Positions 11,998-24,921 of a stretch of DNA of 64,000 nt are shown here, piece by piece. Below the pieces are notes generated by a model. It saw only the letters and a program-made list of their open reading frames with translations, ran no database searches and was not told where the DNA came from. The DNA lies in NCBI RefSeq assembly GCF_006345805.1, contig NC_043008.1, positions 66,712,001 through 66,776,000 of the forward strand, written 5' to 3'. This DNA is from Octopus sinensis (Eukaryota). The translations under genes were made by a program, and so were the position numbers. How positions within the stretch are numbered: the stretch's first letter is position 1; every line of letters starts with the position of its first letter.

Positions 11998-12365
11998 ATA
12001 TTACTATTTAGCAGAAGTAACAGAGTGACTCAAGGGCTGAGAGTTTCATGCTTTGGCACTTATCAATACTCATGTTTTGAGTTCTAATTTTTCTGTTTGC
12101 TTCACCAAACCTATATATGATGGACTCTCCTGTCGAAGATGATGTATGAGCTTTCAGTTTTGTGCCGAATGACCGGCACAAATGATTTGTTTATAGTGAT
12201 CAAATGTTCATGCTATATATTATCTCACTCTCTCCATCAAAATCAATGTTGTTTGAACAGGTACACTGTGTGCCACACTTCAGGTGTTGAAGTAATCACA
12301 GAGCAACATGGCATAAAGTGTTTTGCGAATGCAACACCCTAACCACTAAGCCATGCGCATATAGA

Positions 12366-12560
12366 TCATCATCATTGTTTAACATCCGCTTCCCATGCTG
12401 GCATGGGTTGGACGATTTGACTGTGGACTGGCAAGCCAGATGGCTGCACCAGATGGCTGCACCAGGCTCCAATCTGATCTGGCAGAGTTTCTACAGCCAA
12501 CTACTCCGAGAGTGTAGTGGGTGCTTTTACGTGCCACCGGCACGAGGGCCAGTCAGCAAC
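12366..12560 (-). mobile_element. RTE-type LINE 3' tail fragment ending in (GAT)n
   Basis: CATCATCAT..TTTAACATCCGCTTCCCATGCTGGCATGGGTTGGACG is the reverse complement of the tail that follows the RT at 33060-33165. Further copies at 15973-16128, 35468-35650 and 57110-57292. Confidence 0.7.
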
Positions 12561-14509
12561 ATACATTTATATATAATATTATATTACGTTATTGATACAT
12601 ACTGATGCACAGGCATATATGTACACACACACACACACACACATTCATATATTTTCAGATACTTGTATTTACCTATATCAATCTCCCTCTTATTCTATGT
12701 ATGTGCGTCTCTATCTATCAACCTATCTATCTTTCAATCTGTCTGTCTGTATCCAACATATCTCAGTATCACCTTGAATGATTTATTTTCACTACACCAC
12801 AAACCAACAACTTATATTTGACTGATAGGGTAATGTTAACTACCAAATATTGATATACCCAAGTATCAAATTCAAATTTTCTTCCAGTAGCAAATCCATT
12901 GATGGTAGACAATACACAGACATTAATTTGTTGTCTTCTTTTTCAATTTCTAAAGCAGAGTCATGTGACATTGTCTTCTAGACAAACACTGACTGCATCA
13001 AAGTCAGCAGAAGAAAAAAACAAAAAACAAAAACAATATACATGTTATAATATAGAAATGTTTTATTTCAATAGATTAAATGCATGTACATACATGTACT
13101 TCTGCACATGTGCAATACAAATTCTTGAATTTGTCTCAAATGCACCTTCAAGCAAACCAGCATGCATACACACATGCACACGCACAAGCAAACAGATGGG
13201 TGCACATACAGATGAATGCACACACGCACACACACATGTGTGCACACGCTCATGCACACACACACACACGCATGCACACACACACTAAAATACATTTAAA
13301 CATCACTTCAAGCTTGGCACTCTGAGTAGAAAAATATTTTACAATGAATTTTTTTCAAATTTTTCGCAGTCTTTCAAATATAAATATGTGTGTTTGTTTG
13401 TATGGATTTGTGTGTGTGTGTAGGTGTTTGTAATGCATGTGTGTATGTATGTGTATATAAGTTTGTGTAATGTAGGTATGAATGTGTGTATGCCTGTATC
13501 TTTGTACATGTATGTATGTGTACATTTATACATATGAATGTGTGTGCTTATATGTGTATGTATGTATATATGTATGTATGTATATGTATGTATGTTTGTA
13601 TCTGTGAGTATGTTTATGAAAGTGTAGGTAAACGATATATGTTGCAAGAATACAAATATCTGGGCATTGTTATGTATATAGTTTTATTTATATATATATA
13701 TATGCATGTATGTATGTGTATTTACATTTATATGTACAAGCGAAAAGAAAAGCGCACTCTATACATAATGTTGAGTATATATTTAACAGTTGCTGATTCA
13801 CTATTTTGTTACTCGAAGTTTCATACATGGAAGCAATATGTGTGACCATTCAGAAAAACCTCAGTGAATAGTGGATAAGGGTATATTTGAGAGCAAAAGC
13901 TAGATTGATTCTTATTGTTTAAAGATACTCCTTATTGAGAATAAGGCAGGATTAAAAATTTTCAGATTGCTATGATGTAAAGGATACTACCTAGCCTAAA
14001 CTTGTCATCAGAGGCAACAACTCAGTGTAGCTTGTCAAATCTGATAGCTATTGATTTGTGCTGGTCAAACCAGGGTTTACATGTGTCTGAAAAACTATCT
14101 AGGGAAAACCTTTTCTGATGATGTCATGGTTTGATAACATCTTTGATCTCTGGTTGAGGGTTACTGCTTGCTGCTTCCATATCAACAATTCTCTGTTATT
14201 GATGTTATTAGAAGGCATTCAGATTCTTCCAAATATAGTGAGACAGTGATGTAGAATTTTCTCTGTTCCTTAGTTTAAATGAATGAAGTTATTGATTGTA
14301 ATGACTTTTGAAAGTGTCTATAATGAATTTCATGTAAAATCTTTCTTCTTTGAAGTGAAAGAATCCTTTGAGGGAAGACACAGATGATTTCACCAGTTAC
14401 AAGCTAATAGCTGTGGTAAGGCTGTGATGATATCTGTTCTATGACAACTTATGATCTGGAAAGCAATGTGGTTCAGAGGGAAAGATAACATGAAATTTGT
14501 AGTATTCTT

Positions 14510-14854
14510 TTATTCGTTTCATTGATTTGACTGCAGCCATACTGGAGCACTGCCTTGAAGGGTTTTAGTCAAACAAATCGATCCCAGGAGTTTTTGTTTT
14601 TTAAGCCGAGTAGTTATTTCACTGGTCTCTTTTGCTGAACCACTAAGTTATGGGGATGTAAACACACCAACACTGGTTGTCAAGTGGTGATGGTGGGGAG
14701 AAACACATAGATATATACATACAAAGATATATATATATGTGTGTGTATATATATATATATGTATATATATATGTATATATACATATGAATATATATATAC
14801 ATATATGTATATACATATACATATATATATATATATATATATACATATATATAT

Positions 14855-14910
<56 letters not shown>

Positions 14911-14915
14911 CATAC

Positions 14916-14956
<41 letters not shown>

Positions 14957-14965
14957 CATACATAC

Positions 14966-15037
<72 letters not shown>

Positions 15038-15200
15038 TGATGGGCTTCTTTCAATTTCTGCCTACCAAATCCACTCACAAGGCTTTGGTCAGCCTGAGGC
15101 TATAGTAGAAGACACTTGCCCAAGATGCCACATATGGGACTGCACCCGGAACCAGGTGGTTGGGAAGCAAACTTCTTACCGCACAGCCATGCCCGTGCCT
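14510..15200 (-). mobile_element. SINE family B with a ~300-bp internal (TA)n tract
   Basis: Reverse-complement head at 15040-15200 and tail at 14510-14710, with the (TA)n tract between them. Confidence 0.8.
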
Positions 15201-15551
15201 ATTGAAAGTTTTGTGGGTGGAAATTGCTGCCTTCTCAAAGCTAGAAAATTCTTGACTATATTTGTGATAACATTCAAATTATTTAATGGATTAAATCAGG
15301 TTATCTTCCTTTCCTGTTTTAGGAGGGTGGAATGCTTTCCATACAATGTAAGAAATTTTGAGCTGCAACATTTTCAAGAATGTAATCTGTTTTCACCAGT
15401 AGGAATCAATGAAGCTAATGTTTGTGGGCTTAATAATACCATCAGCTGTCACTCACTGAACGCTATCAGTTTGATTGCAGATAGAGTTTGTATGTAAGAA
15501 AGTAACAAGAGCCTGGGCACCATATGAGGTAAACAACAACTTCTTTTATAT

Positions 15552-15634
<83 letters not shown>

Positions 15635-15703
15635 ATATAATAATATATATATATATATATATATATATTACATACATATATTTATATACACACACACACA
15701 CAC

Positions 15704-15737
<34 letters not shown>

Positions 15738-18437
15738 GTGTGTATATATTTATGTGTATGTATACACACACATATATATATTTATAGACAGGCAGACAGA
15801 TAGATAGATATAATACACACACATAAATACAGATGTATGTATCTTTAAATCTTCAGTGTTTGGGTCAACCTGAGGCTGTGGTAAAAGACACTAACCCAAG
15901 ATGCCACCCTGTGGAAGTGAACTCAGAGTCTCAAGATTATGAAGCAAAGTTGCCAATGATTTGGCCTTGTCTCATCATCATCATCATCGTTTAGCGTCCG
16001 CTTTCCATGCTGGCATGGGTTGGACGGTTCAACTGGGGTCTGGGAAGCCAGAAGGCTGCACCAGGTCCAGTCTGATCTGGCAATGTTTCTATGGCTGGAT
16101 GCCCTTCCTAACACCAACTGCCTTTCCTAACGCCATGTTTGTGACCATAAATACACACATATGCTTATATGTCTTTGTAATTATAAAAGAATACAAGCTA
16201 ATGTTAAGGCTATCATTAGTTTTGCAGTTTCAGCCTTCAGGACTTGTTTATCTACCATTTCAAGATAAAAAGGGACCTGCAGACTGAGAATGCAGAATCA
16301 GTGCAGCCCAAATGATAAGTGAATCTTTGTTACTTTATAAAACAGAAATATATTCCTCTACATTTCTGTATTGAGTGCTATACATATTTTGATAATTTTG
16401 ATTTATTTATCAAGCCTAATACGGTATATACATATGTATGTTGTATATATTTATATACATTCATAAATATAAATATAAATATATATTTATATATGTGCAT
16501 ATTTCCATGTATATATACACACATCTAAATAGATTAACAGATAGATAAATAGATACATATAAATATATATGTCAAACCTCTACATCTGATATGTTAAAAG
16601 GCTGTAATATTAAAATATTAAATATAAATATGATTATTTAAATTATTGTTACAATATTATTTATAAAAGCCATTTAGCCGTCTACTTGAATTTTTTTCTT
16701 CAAATAAAGTGTCTTTGATATGAAATTGTGCGCAATGCAGTCTGGGAGTATTTCTCAGAAAAATAAAGTAATGGCTGGATAAGTTGTTATACCGTAGTTT
16801 GTATTTATAGCATAATATATATGGCTGCTTCCGTTCTGTCTCACCAGGTCATAAGTATTTCCATATAGCTTATTATTGATTTCATCTATCAAAGCAAAGG
16901 TTTATATTTATGAAACATAATGAAGAGTCGCATAATCCATTTTGTCCTCTTGAATAACCCAATGATCGCTTAATTCCCATGTAGTCTTTCAAAACAGCAT
17001 ATTTGATCCGTCTTTAAACTAGATGATTGGCAAGATTTTAGCTTAGCACTGCAGCTTATGAAATATTTTCCAACCGTGCAATGTTCCAGCTGCCTACACC
17101 TGCAGTCTATACACATAATTAATATATGGTATCACAGCGCTTGCAAATGTTAAGTATCTTGATAATATCTTCAGTCATTCAGTGACATATTGACTGTAAG
17201 TGAAATCATCTTCAAATCTAAGAAGCATTAAATCCTTTTTACCAAGGATTTAAAACAACATATGAAGAATGATACGATTTTATATTCTAATATAAAATGA
17301 TGTGATGTGACTCAAAGAGGATAAAATATTGGGTTTTTAAATAGTGACAGGAATGTACATCTTTAAAATAATTGTGTTTTATCCTTGGGCAAATCAGTTA
17401 ACCTCTTTAGTCTGACAGTAAATTGGGAATTGGTTTATTTTTGTTCCAAAAATTACTGATGACGACACACAGTATATGGACTTCTTGTGATACAGTAGTT
17501 CCACCCCTGGTACTGGACAGTTCTTTTCTGCAACCAATACCTGTGTGCTCATATGCACTAAATGTCTATACAAGAGCCTTTCTCAGGACGAATTCTAAGT
17601 AGGATATAAAGACTGCTATTCAATAATAATACTGCTTTCATAACTAATATCTGAATTTTGACCACCTGGATGTTAATGACCCCAGTGGCCGAATAGTTGC
17701 TGGTTCTCTATATATTATAGGAAGGGCAATTTGGCTAGCATATGGTTTTGATTGATGCCCGCAGCTGATGAGATACAAAAATGCAAAAATCACGTGATAC
17801 ATCAGTTCTGCCATAAGTGCTGGACTTTTCTGATCTGCCCTTGAAATCCCTGTGCTTTTATGCACAAATATCTATATAATAGACTTAGGACAAGCACTGC
17901 AGTATTACAGTACTCTTATAGTACATTCACATAAATTAGGATATAAAGATTGCTATTGGGTAATGATACTGCCCCTGTTGCCAACATCCGATAAGTTTAT
18001 GTGTAAATATATTTTATTTAGCACTGTAAATTTGGCAAGTGTTTTTGTTATTTTGAAATGGAGAGCTCTGTTCTTTCCATCAGCAAAATTCCATAATAGA
18101 ATTATTAACAACTCGCCCTTACTCTTAATTCTGACCAATCACCCAAAGCCTACATAAACATCTATGAACAAGAGTGGCATAGGAATTGAACAAAATTTAT
18201 TCCTTAATGGGGCTAAATGTATTTTCATATACTGACTTTATAAAGTTACACACTGTATGATGCCTTTGAAAATTTTTATCCAAAATTTATTGTCAAACTT
18301 GCTTATCCAAAACTGAATAAAATTACAAGCCTCTGTACCTAAATGATGCTTCTAAGATAGCAGTTTTATGGGACAGATCATTTTTGATGTGCATTTAGTA
18401 AAAATATCTTTTAATGTGAAGCAAAAATGTGGTTAGT

Positions 18438-18489
18438 TTCAGATGGTGAAACAGAAACTACATTAGTATTTTCTGTTTCACCAGCTGAA
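18438..18489. other. Isolated ~22-bp stem-loop in unique sequence
   Basis: TTCAG/CTGAA, one mismatch, TGGTGAAACAGAAA/TTTCTGTTTCACCA, one mismatch, TAC/GTA and a 4-nt loop. Confidence 0.85.
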
Positions 18490-19111
18490 GAAATTATTAT
18501 GAATGAATGAAAATAAACTTAAAATTAATAATAAAAAAAAAGCTGTCTAGATATGCATTATAGAGATATGCTCTCTATAACTTATTGAGACAGACAGAAG
18601 CGCCTGATTTTATATGATATATTATACATAATAATGAATTATGTATGTCATGTATTATATAGCAATTGTATGAAAGACATCTGCTATTGTTTAAGGCATG
18701 AGATTTCAGTATAAATTATGTCTTAAATTTTGCATGTGGATGGGGCATATCAAATGTTTTTTAAAATTATGTAAAGTGTCACAGATACATGTCACTTTGC
18801 CATTTATAACATATCTGTACATATATGTGTGTGTGCGTCTTTATACACACACATGTACGAGCACAAAAGCACAAGTGTGTGTGTATGACTGTAAACAACA
18901 TGATTAGCTCCTGTTTATTTTACTGTTTTTGCTTGTTGAACATACACATACTCACATACACAAATACATATATGCACACATATATGTCTGTAGCAACATC
19001 TACATAATACGTTCACACCCATATCCATGAATACAAACATATATGTGTATACATATATGTGTATACATATATATGTATATATATATATATAATATATATA
19101 TATTATATATA

Positions 19112-19142
<31 letters not shown>

Positions 19143-19279
19143 AACAATACATTTATATATATATATAAACAATTTTACATTAATCTGACAGGTTACTCTA
19201 TACTACTGTAGAGTACAAATTTTTTATTCTTATACAAGAATGTAGTTGACAGTGACTTCACAGTTTCAGCTATATATAT

Positions 19280-19327
<48 letters not shown>

Positions 19328-19759
19328 CACACACATATATACATATATATGCATATACACCCATAAAACACATACATAAGCACATATATATATGATATAG
19401 TCTGTTACTAACATCAAATATCATGCCAACAATACAATTATCAGGCAATGAACATCAACTTCTTACTTAAATATCCACATGTTTAGCATGCAAAGTTTCC
19501 CGTAATGCAACATGAGTTAAAAACCTTGTTAAGATACAAATCAGTATTGTTGGGGATGAGTTATTTCCCTTGGTTGGTTGGTTGGTTGGTAGGTTGGTTT
19601 GAAAGATTTAAAAATATGTATATAAAAGATAAAAAGGCATAACAAATATATAAAATATGGTGACAAGCAAAACTCAGAGCAACGACAGAAGGAATGATCA
19701 GCTCTGAAAGAAAAAACTAGAAAACAGAGAACACTTTTCCAGCTTCTTTGAGTACTCAA

Positions 19760-19809
<50 letters not shown>

Positions 19810-19845
19810 AAGGGTTAGCATTTTCTATTTTTGACTTGTTTTTTC

Positions 19846-19882
<37 letters not shown>

Positions 19883-20220
19883 ATATATTATATATATATA
19901 TATATATATGTATACTCACATTGTACACACACACACACATAAATATATATACATATGTATAGTCATAAATAGATATACATATATATTTATAAATACCTAT
20001 TTACCTATATACATAAGTATGTATACACACACACACAACACACACACACACACACACACACATACATACATACATACATACATACATACATACATACATA
20101 CATACATACAGACAGACAGATAAACAGATACATACATATATGTATATATATAAATATACTTAAGTATATATTCACACACACAACCACATGTATGTATATG
20201 GTATACACACACACACGTGA

Positions 20221-20271
<51 letters not shown>

Positions 20272-20364
20272 CAATACTTTCAAGTGTCCAACTGCTTTTA
20301 AATTAAGTATAATTAATTTGCTCCAGTATGACCACGTACAATGAGTAAATGAGCAATAGAGAAA

Positions 20365-20434
20365 TTATAATTTTCTGAATTTCAATGCTTTTTCATTTTC
20401 CTTGACTTCTTTGCTGGAGGAAATGGTGTTGTAC
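20365..20434 (-). CDS. Candidate terminal coding exon (E) of the four-TM membrane protein gene
   Basis: Acceptor ACATTTCTCAG. With the phase-2 donor of exon D it reads (M)YNTISSSKEVKENEKALKFRKL*. It is the nearest suitable acceptor found, but alternatives exist. Confidence 0.45.
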
Positions 20435-20549
20435 CTGAGAAATGTTATTTCTGATGTTTGTATTATACACATACATGCACATCACCCTCTCTCCCTATAA
20501 GTTTGTATGAATGTATGAACATATATATATATATATATATATATATACA

Positions 20550-20603
<54 letters not shown>

Positions 20604-20604
<1 letters not shown>

Positions 20605-20981
20605 TTATATAAAAGGGCTTAGTAAAATAAATTACTTTGCCGCATACTGAACTCATTAGAAATAGCAGCTAAAAAACTTTTTTAAGGCTATTTCTAATAC
20701 TTAAAGAAAATCTCTCTCATATATAGTGTTTGCTTAATTCAACTCACAAAAGTTTGGGGGTAAGGACATCGAAAAATCAAATGCTAACTCGAATAACCTT
20801 AGCATTGATTTTTCGATGTCCTTACCCCCAAACTTTTGTGAGTTGAATTAAGCAAACACTATATATGAGAGAGATTTTCTTTAAGTATTAGAAATAGCCT
20901 TAAAAAAGTTTTTTAGCTGCTATTTCTAATGAGTTCAGTATGCGGCAAAGTAATTTATTTTACTAAGCCCTTTTATATAAT
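20604..20981. repeat. Near-perfect foldback: 184/183-bp arms, 11-nt loop
   Basis: 20604-20787 and 20799-20981 are reverse complements except for one 1-nt indel. Flanked on the left by (TA)n. Confidence 0.95.
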
Positions 20982-21074
20982 GTAATAATTTGAATTCGCC
21001 TTGAATGGTCCCTTTGCATACTGAACACTTGGTGAAATTGATTAATAATTAATTAATTTTGCCCTCAATTGTTG

Positions 21075-21115
<41 letters not shown>

Positions 21116-21391
21116 ATATATATATATAGCTATATACATACATGCTTACACACACACATATATACACATACATATAGCCTTTAATGAAATTTATGCCAAA
21201 TTATCTTGGAACTGTAGGTTTCATGTTGGCAGTGTTTGTATTTTGCCAGTATTTGATTTATCATAAGCACACACACACACACACACATATGTATATAAAT
21301 ATAGACACACACACACACATATATATGCATACACACATGCCCTCCCTCCAACACACACATCCACCCACACTTATTTAAAACCCATATTTAC

Positions 21392-21632
21392 ATATTTAAA
21401 ACGTGAGGCTTTGTTGGACCAGCTATAAAGGGAGCTAACTGAAATAGTAAGAGGCACAGCAGAATTGGAATTGCTGTAGATAGAAGGCAAACCCATCCAA
21501 ATATAAGAGCACTTAGAGCAACAGGATATGTTGTACTGCAGAAGTTTGGAAACAAAGAGTCAACTGTATCTGAGCTTAGGTTTTCATGACAGCATTGCTG
21601 GTGTTGGTGGTACAATGGCAAAAGAGCAGAAC
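21392..21632 (-). CDS. Coding exon D of the four-TM membrane protein (TMEM272-like, tentative)
   Basis: Strong acceptor CTCTCTTTCTACTTCTTCAG with a phase-1 start matching exon C. Reads SALLPLYHQHQQCCHENLSSDTVDSLFPNFCSTTYPVALSALIFGWVCLLSTAIPILLCLLLFQLAPFIAGPTKPHVLN, followed by either donor AT|GTAAAT or in-frame ATG-TAA (stop ends 21388). Confidence 0.85.
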
Positions 21633-21835
21633 CTGAAGAAGTAGAAAGAGAGATATATTTATGCATATACACACGCACACACACACACACTTAGAAAGAA
21701 TACTGTAAATATTTACTCAGGATTGGGTATGACGTTAAAATATACCAGGCAATGGGACCTTGGTGCGGGTGGTCTAGGGTTTTGTGTGGTGGAGGTGGGG
21801 TAGAACCACTTCTAAGACACTTTTGTTTCTGGGTC

Positions 21836-22018
21836 TAGTTGATTACATGGACCCCAGTGTTTCACTGGTACTTAATTTATCAACCTCAAAAGGATGAAAG
21901 GCGAAGTCAACCTTGGCGGAATTTGAACTCAGAATGTAGCAGCAGACAGAATACCACTAAGCATTTTGCCTGGCATGCTAATGATTCTGCTAGCACACCA
22001 CCTTATATAATAATAATG

Positions 22019-22053
<35 letters not shown>

Positions 22054-22232
22054 CCTTTCTACTAAAGGCACAAGGCCTAAAATTTTTGGGGAGGGGACTA
22101 GTTGATTACATTGATCCCAGTGTTTCACTAGTACCTAATTTATTGACCCCAAAAGGATGAAAGGCAAAATCGACCTCAGCGGAATTTGAACTCAGAACAT
22201 AGCATTTCTAATGATTCTGCAAGCTCGCTGCC

Positions 22233-22267
<35 letters not shown>

Positions 22268-22470
22268 CCTTTCTACCAAAAGCACAAGGCCTGAAGTTTT
22301 TTTGGAGCCAGTCAATTAGATCGATCCCAGTATGCAACTGGTACTTAATTTATCAACCCTGAAAGGATGAAAGACAAAGTCAATCTCAGCAGAATTTGAA
22401 CTCAGAATGTAGCAACAGACGAAATACTGCTCAGCTCTTTCGTCCAGCATGCTGACAATTCTGCCAGCTC
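21836..22470 (-). mobile_element. Three tandem SINE family A copies separated by (TAA)n
   Basis: Three repeats of CCCAGT..GTAC.TAATTTAT..AAGGATGAAAG.C.AA.TC..GAATTTGAACTCAGAA, with (TAA)n tracts at 22007-22052 and 22234-22267. Confidence 0.85.
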
Positions 22471-22478
22471 AATAATAT

Positions 22479-22510
<32 letters not shown>

Positions 22511-22533
22511 GGTGGTGGTGGTGGTAGTGGTGG

Positions 22534-22566
<33 letters not shown>

Positions 22567-22790
22567 CTGTATTGACCACAAAGGGTTTACGTTAAGAAAA
22601 ACATTATGGATGGTACAGGACAAAACAAAAGAATGTGTGGTGAATGTGTGTGAATGTGTTGTGAGGGTTTTCTACATGTAAGCACATTTAAAATCTGAAC
22701 TTTAACATGCTGTGGTTCAGAGTTTGCCACTGTGCCTAATCCAAATATAGTCCTACTGACAGTCTCAAGAAATAAAAATTTACAAATTAA

Positions 22791-23008
22791 CTCTTTTGAT
22801 ACCAATCCGGCTGAAACCAGCTCTGGCTCTGTAGTATAAATATCTTGATTTCATAAATTTTGCATTAAAATCTTCCACCAAACCTTAATCACAATTTATG
22901 TTCCTAACTCTAGCAGAATGATAAATTTATTTTACTAAATTCTTTGTTATATTTAAAGTAATTGAAAGAAACACAGAGCATCTCAAAATAAATACAGTAA
23001 CGAAAGGG
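22791..23008. mobile_element. piggyBac-type MITE with TTAA target duplication
   Basis: TTAA|CTCTTTTGATACC ... GTAACGAAAGGG|TTAA. Confidence 0.7.
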
Positions 23009-23605
23009 TTAAAGATAAAAATCATGCCGTGTACTTTATCAACGTTTATTGAAACATGCCTCAGGTAAAAACACTCGGTGATTAGTGTAATGTTCCAACA
23101 GTTAGAGGCACTGGACTGAGCCTCACTCATTTCCCAAGTACTGCATCAAGTGCGAAACATTGCCAGCTAGTCTTAAACAGTGAGTATAGCTCAAAGCCTA
23201 AATTTTTTAAAAGGAAATTCTAGGATTGTCTTCTATACCCAATCAGCTTATATGTATAGTAATATATTTTAATAATAGACATATACTACTTGTAATAAAC
23301 TTAAGACAGGCCAACGAAGGACTTTTAGGGTCACTCTGCTATAGATAGCAACCAGATATCTCCAAAATCACATCTTATTGTCTTGAAAAAAGAGGAAGGA
23401 GAACAAGTTAAAGACAAACAGAGATGCCTTTGGCCACAACTCTGGTTGATTAGAACTAAAATGAAACTAAACAATAATAACAACTATAAATAAGGACTGT
23501 ATTTGGTGAGAAACAAAATAATGGTAATTGATTGGTTGAAGTGATTAAATATTTAAGGTGTTTTATATGGTATGAGGAAGAAGTTAGACAACAATATTAA
23601 CTTAC

Positions 23606-23827
23606 TGGCAATTAAGGTGAGAAGGCGTATCACTAGAACTGCAAGCCACCATCTGAATGCACTAGAATCATCTGGATCATCTTCGTAGGAGTCAGGGCTT
23701 GATAATCCCATCCACAAGGGCCAGTAGGCAAACAGCAAAGGATAAAAAAATATGGAGAGGATGCCATCGGAAATCAGATAATAGGTAGCCATTCGACTTC
23801 CAGAACACGTGATTAAAAACACCACAC
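23606..23827 (-). CDS. Coding exon C of the four-TM membrane protein (TMEM272-like, tentative)
   Basis: Acceptor TCTCTATCTCTTAACAG, donor A|GTAAGT, 222 nt, phase 1-1. Reads VVFLITCSGSRMATYYLISDGILSIFFYPLLFAYWPLWMGLSSPDSYEDDPDDSSAFRWWLAVLVIRLLTLIA. Confidence 0.9.
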
Positions 23828-24374
23828 CTGTTAAGAGATAGAGATTTTATTTGGTTTAAGTGCAAGATCATGTTTACTTCCAAACTGGTGTTTAGTTAAT
23901 GGCTCTAGGGACTAATGTTATCAAATTCTGGAGAAATAGTTGACAAGTTGAATGACAGTGGAATTTGAACCATGAATCACCAAATTAAATATTCCTTCAG
24001 ACATTTTTTTTGCAAAACAGAAATAAGTTGAATGTGAAGTTGACTCAATAAGGTAGACAATGGATTTAATAAATAATGTATGGACTCTATTGGTCAATGT
24101 TGACCATCCTTCTGCTCATGTATTGTAGACCTAACAAAGAGAAAGACTAATAGCTAACCATACATGCAGCTTTCCACACCACCAATGTTTACCCAAGGGA
24201 AATCTCCACAGACTAAGCCTATACAGCTTGGCACCGGTGTTGTTGAAAGCATTGTTGTTATTAGAACACCTGGAAAGACACCGCAAAAGCGTCTTCCTCT
24301 AACCACTAACACTTCTGCCACTTCACCACTCTGAATTGGTATTTGATATTATCAACCCCAGAAAGAATTAAGTT

Positions 24375-24628
24375 TGAATCCTGGACTAGGCTGCATGTTG
24401 TGTTCTTGAGCAAGACACTTTATTTCATGTTGCTTCAGTTCACTCAGCTGTAGAAATTAGTTGCTGGTCACTGGTGCCAAGCTGTATTGGCCTTTGCCTT
24501 TCCCTTGGATAACACTGGTGGCGTGGAGAGGGGAGGCCATTATGCATGGGCGACTGCTGGTCTTCTGTAAACAACCTTGTCCAGACTTGTGCCTGGGAGG
24601 GTAACTTTCTAGGTGCAATCCCACGGTC
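24375..24628 (+). mobile_element. SINE family D (CORE-like TTCTTGAGCAAGACACTT segment)
   Basis: Homologous to the reverse complement of 56440-56730. Confidence 0.7.
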
Positions 24629-24852
24629 TCAAAGGGGGTCTCAATAATAGCTGATTAAACCAGTGCATCAAACCAGTTAAATTCACTGTAATTATAAAAT
24701 GAATTTAATAGCACACTGTATTATGAAATGGCTGTTCCACAATGTATGTATTAATATGGCACAATGGATTATGAAATTCTCTTCTGTGTGAGAGACCATG
24801 AATCCACACACATGTCTTAAAATAAATAATATGCAAAAAATATACCCGTTAC

Positions 24853-24921
24853 CTATAGAGACCATAAATACACCAACGCACCATATTCCAAACACAAAAC
24901 TCATCGGATCAACGACACAAT
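24853..24921 (-). CDS. Coding exon B (first TM helix) of the four-TM membrane protein
   Basis: Very strong acceptor TTTCTTCCTTTTTTTCTTCTTTCTTGCAG, donor G|GTAACG, 69 nt, phase 1-1. Reads (N)CVVDPMSFVFGIWCVGVFMVSI(G) and joins exons A and C in frame. Confidence 0.9.

Noticed and set aside
14006-14140. TCATCAG and CTGATGA cores on either strand
   Set aside because: No GAAA/stem III follows either core.
15323-15347. Plus-strand 25-nt micro-exon candidate (TTTTAG|...|GTAAGA)
   Set aside because: Good splice signals, but no partner exons or recognisable peptide; such matches are expected by chance in 64 kb.
17765-17800. CTGATGAG hammerhead core
   Set aside because: No stem II partner and no correctly placed GAAA.
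19541-19703. Alternative terminal exon (strong acceptor, phase-2 open frame ADHSFCRCSEFCLSPYFIYLLC..)
   Set aside because: The frame runs through T-rich and (CCAA)n low-complexity sequence and a nearer acceptor exists. Kept only as an alternative, not called.
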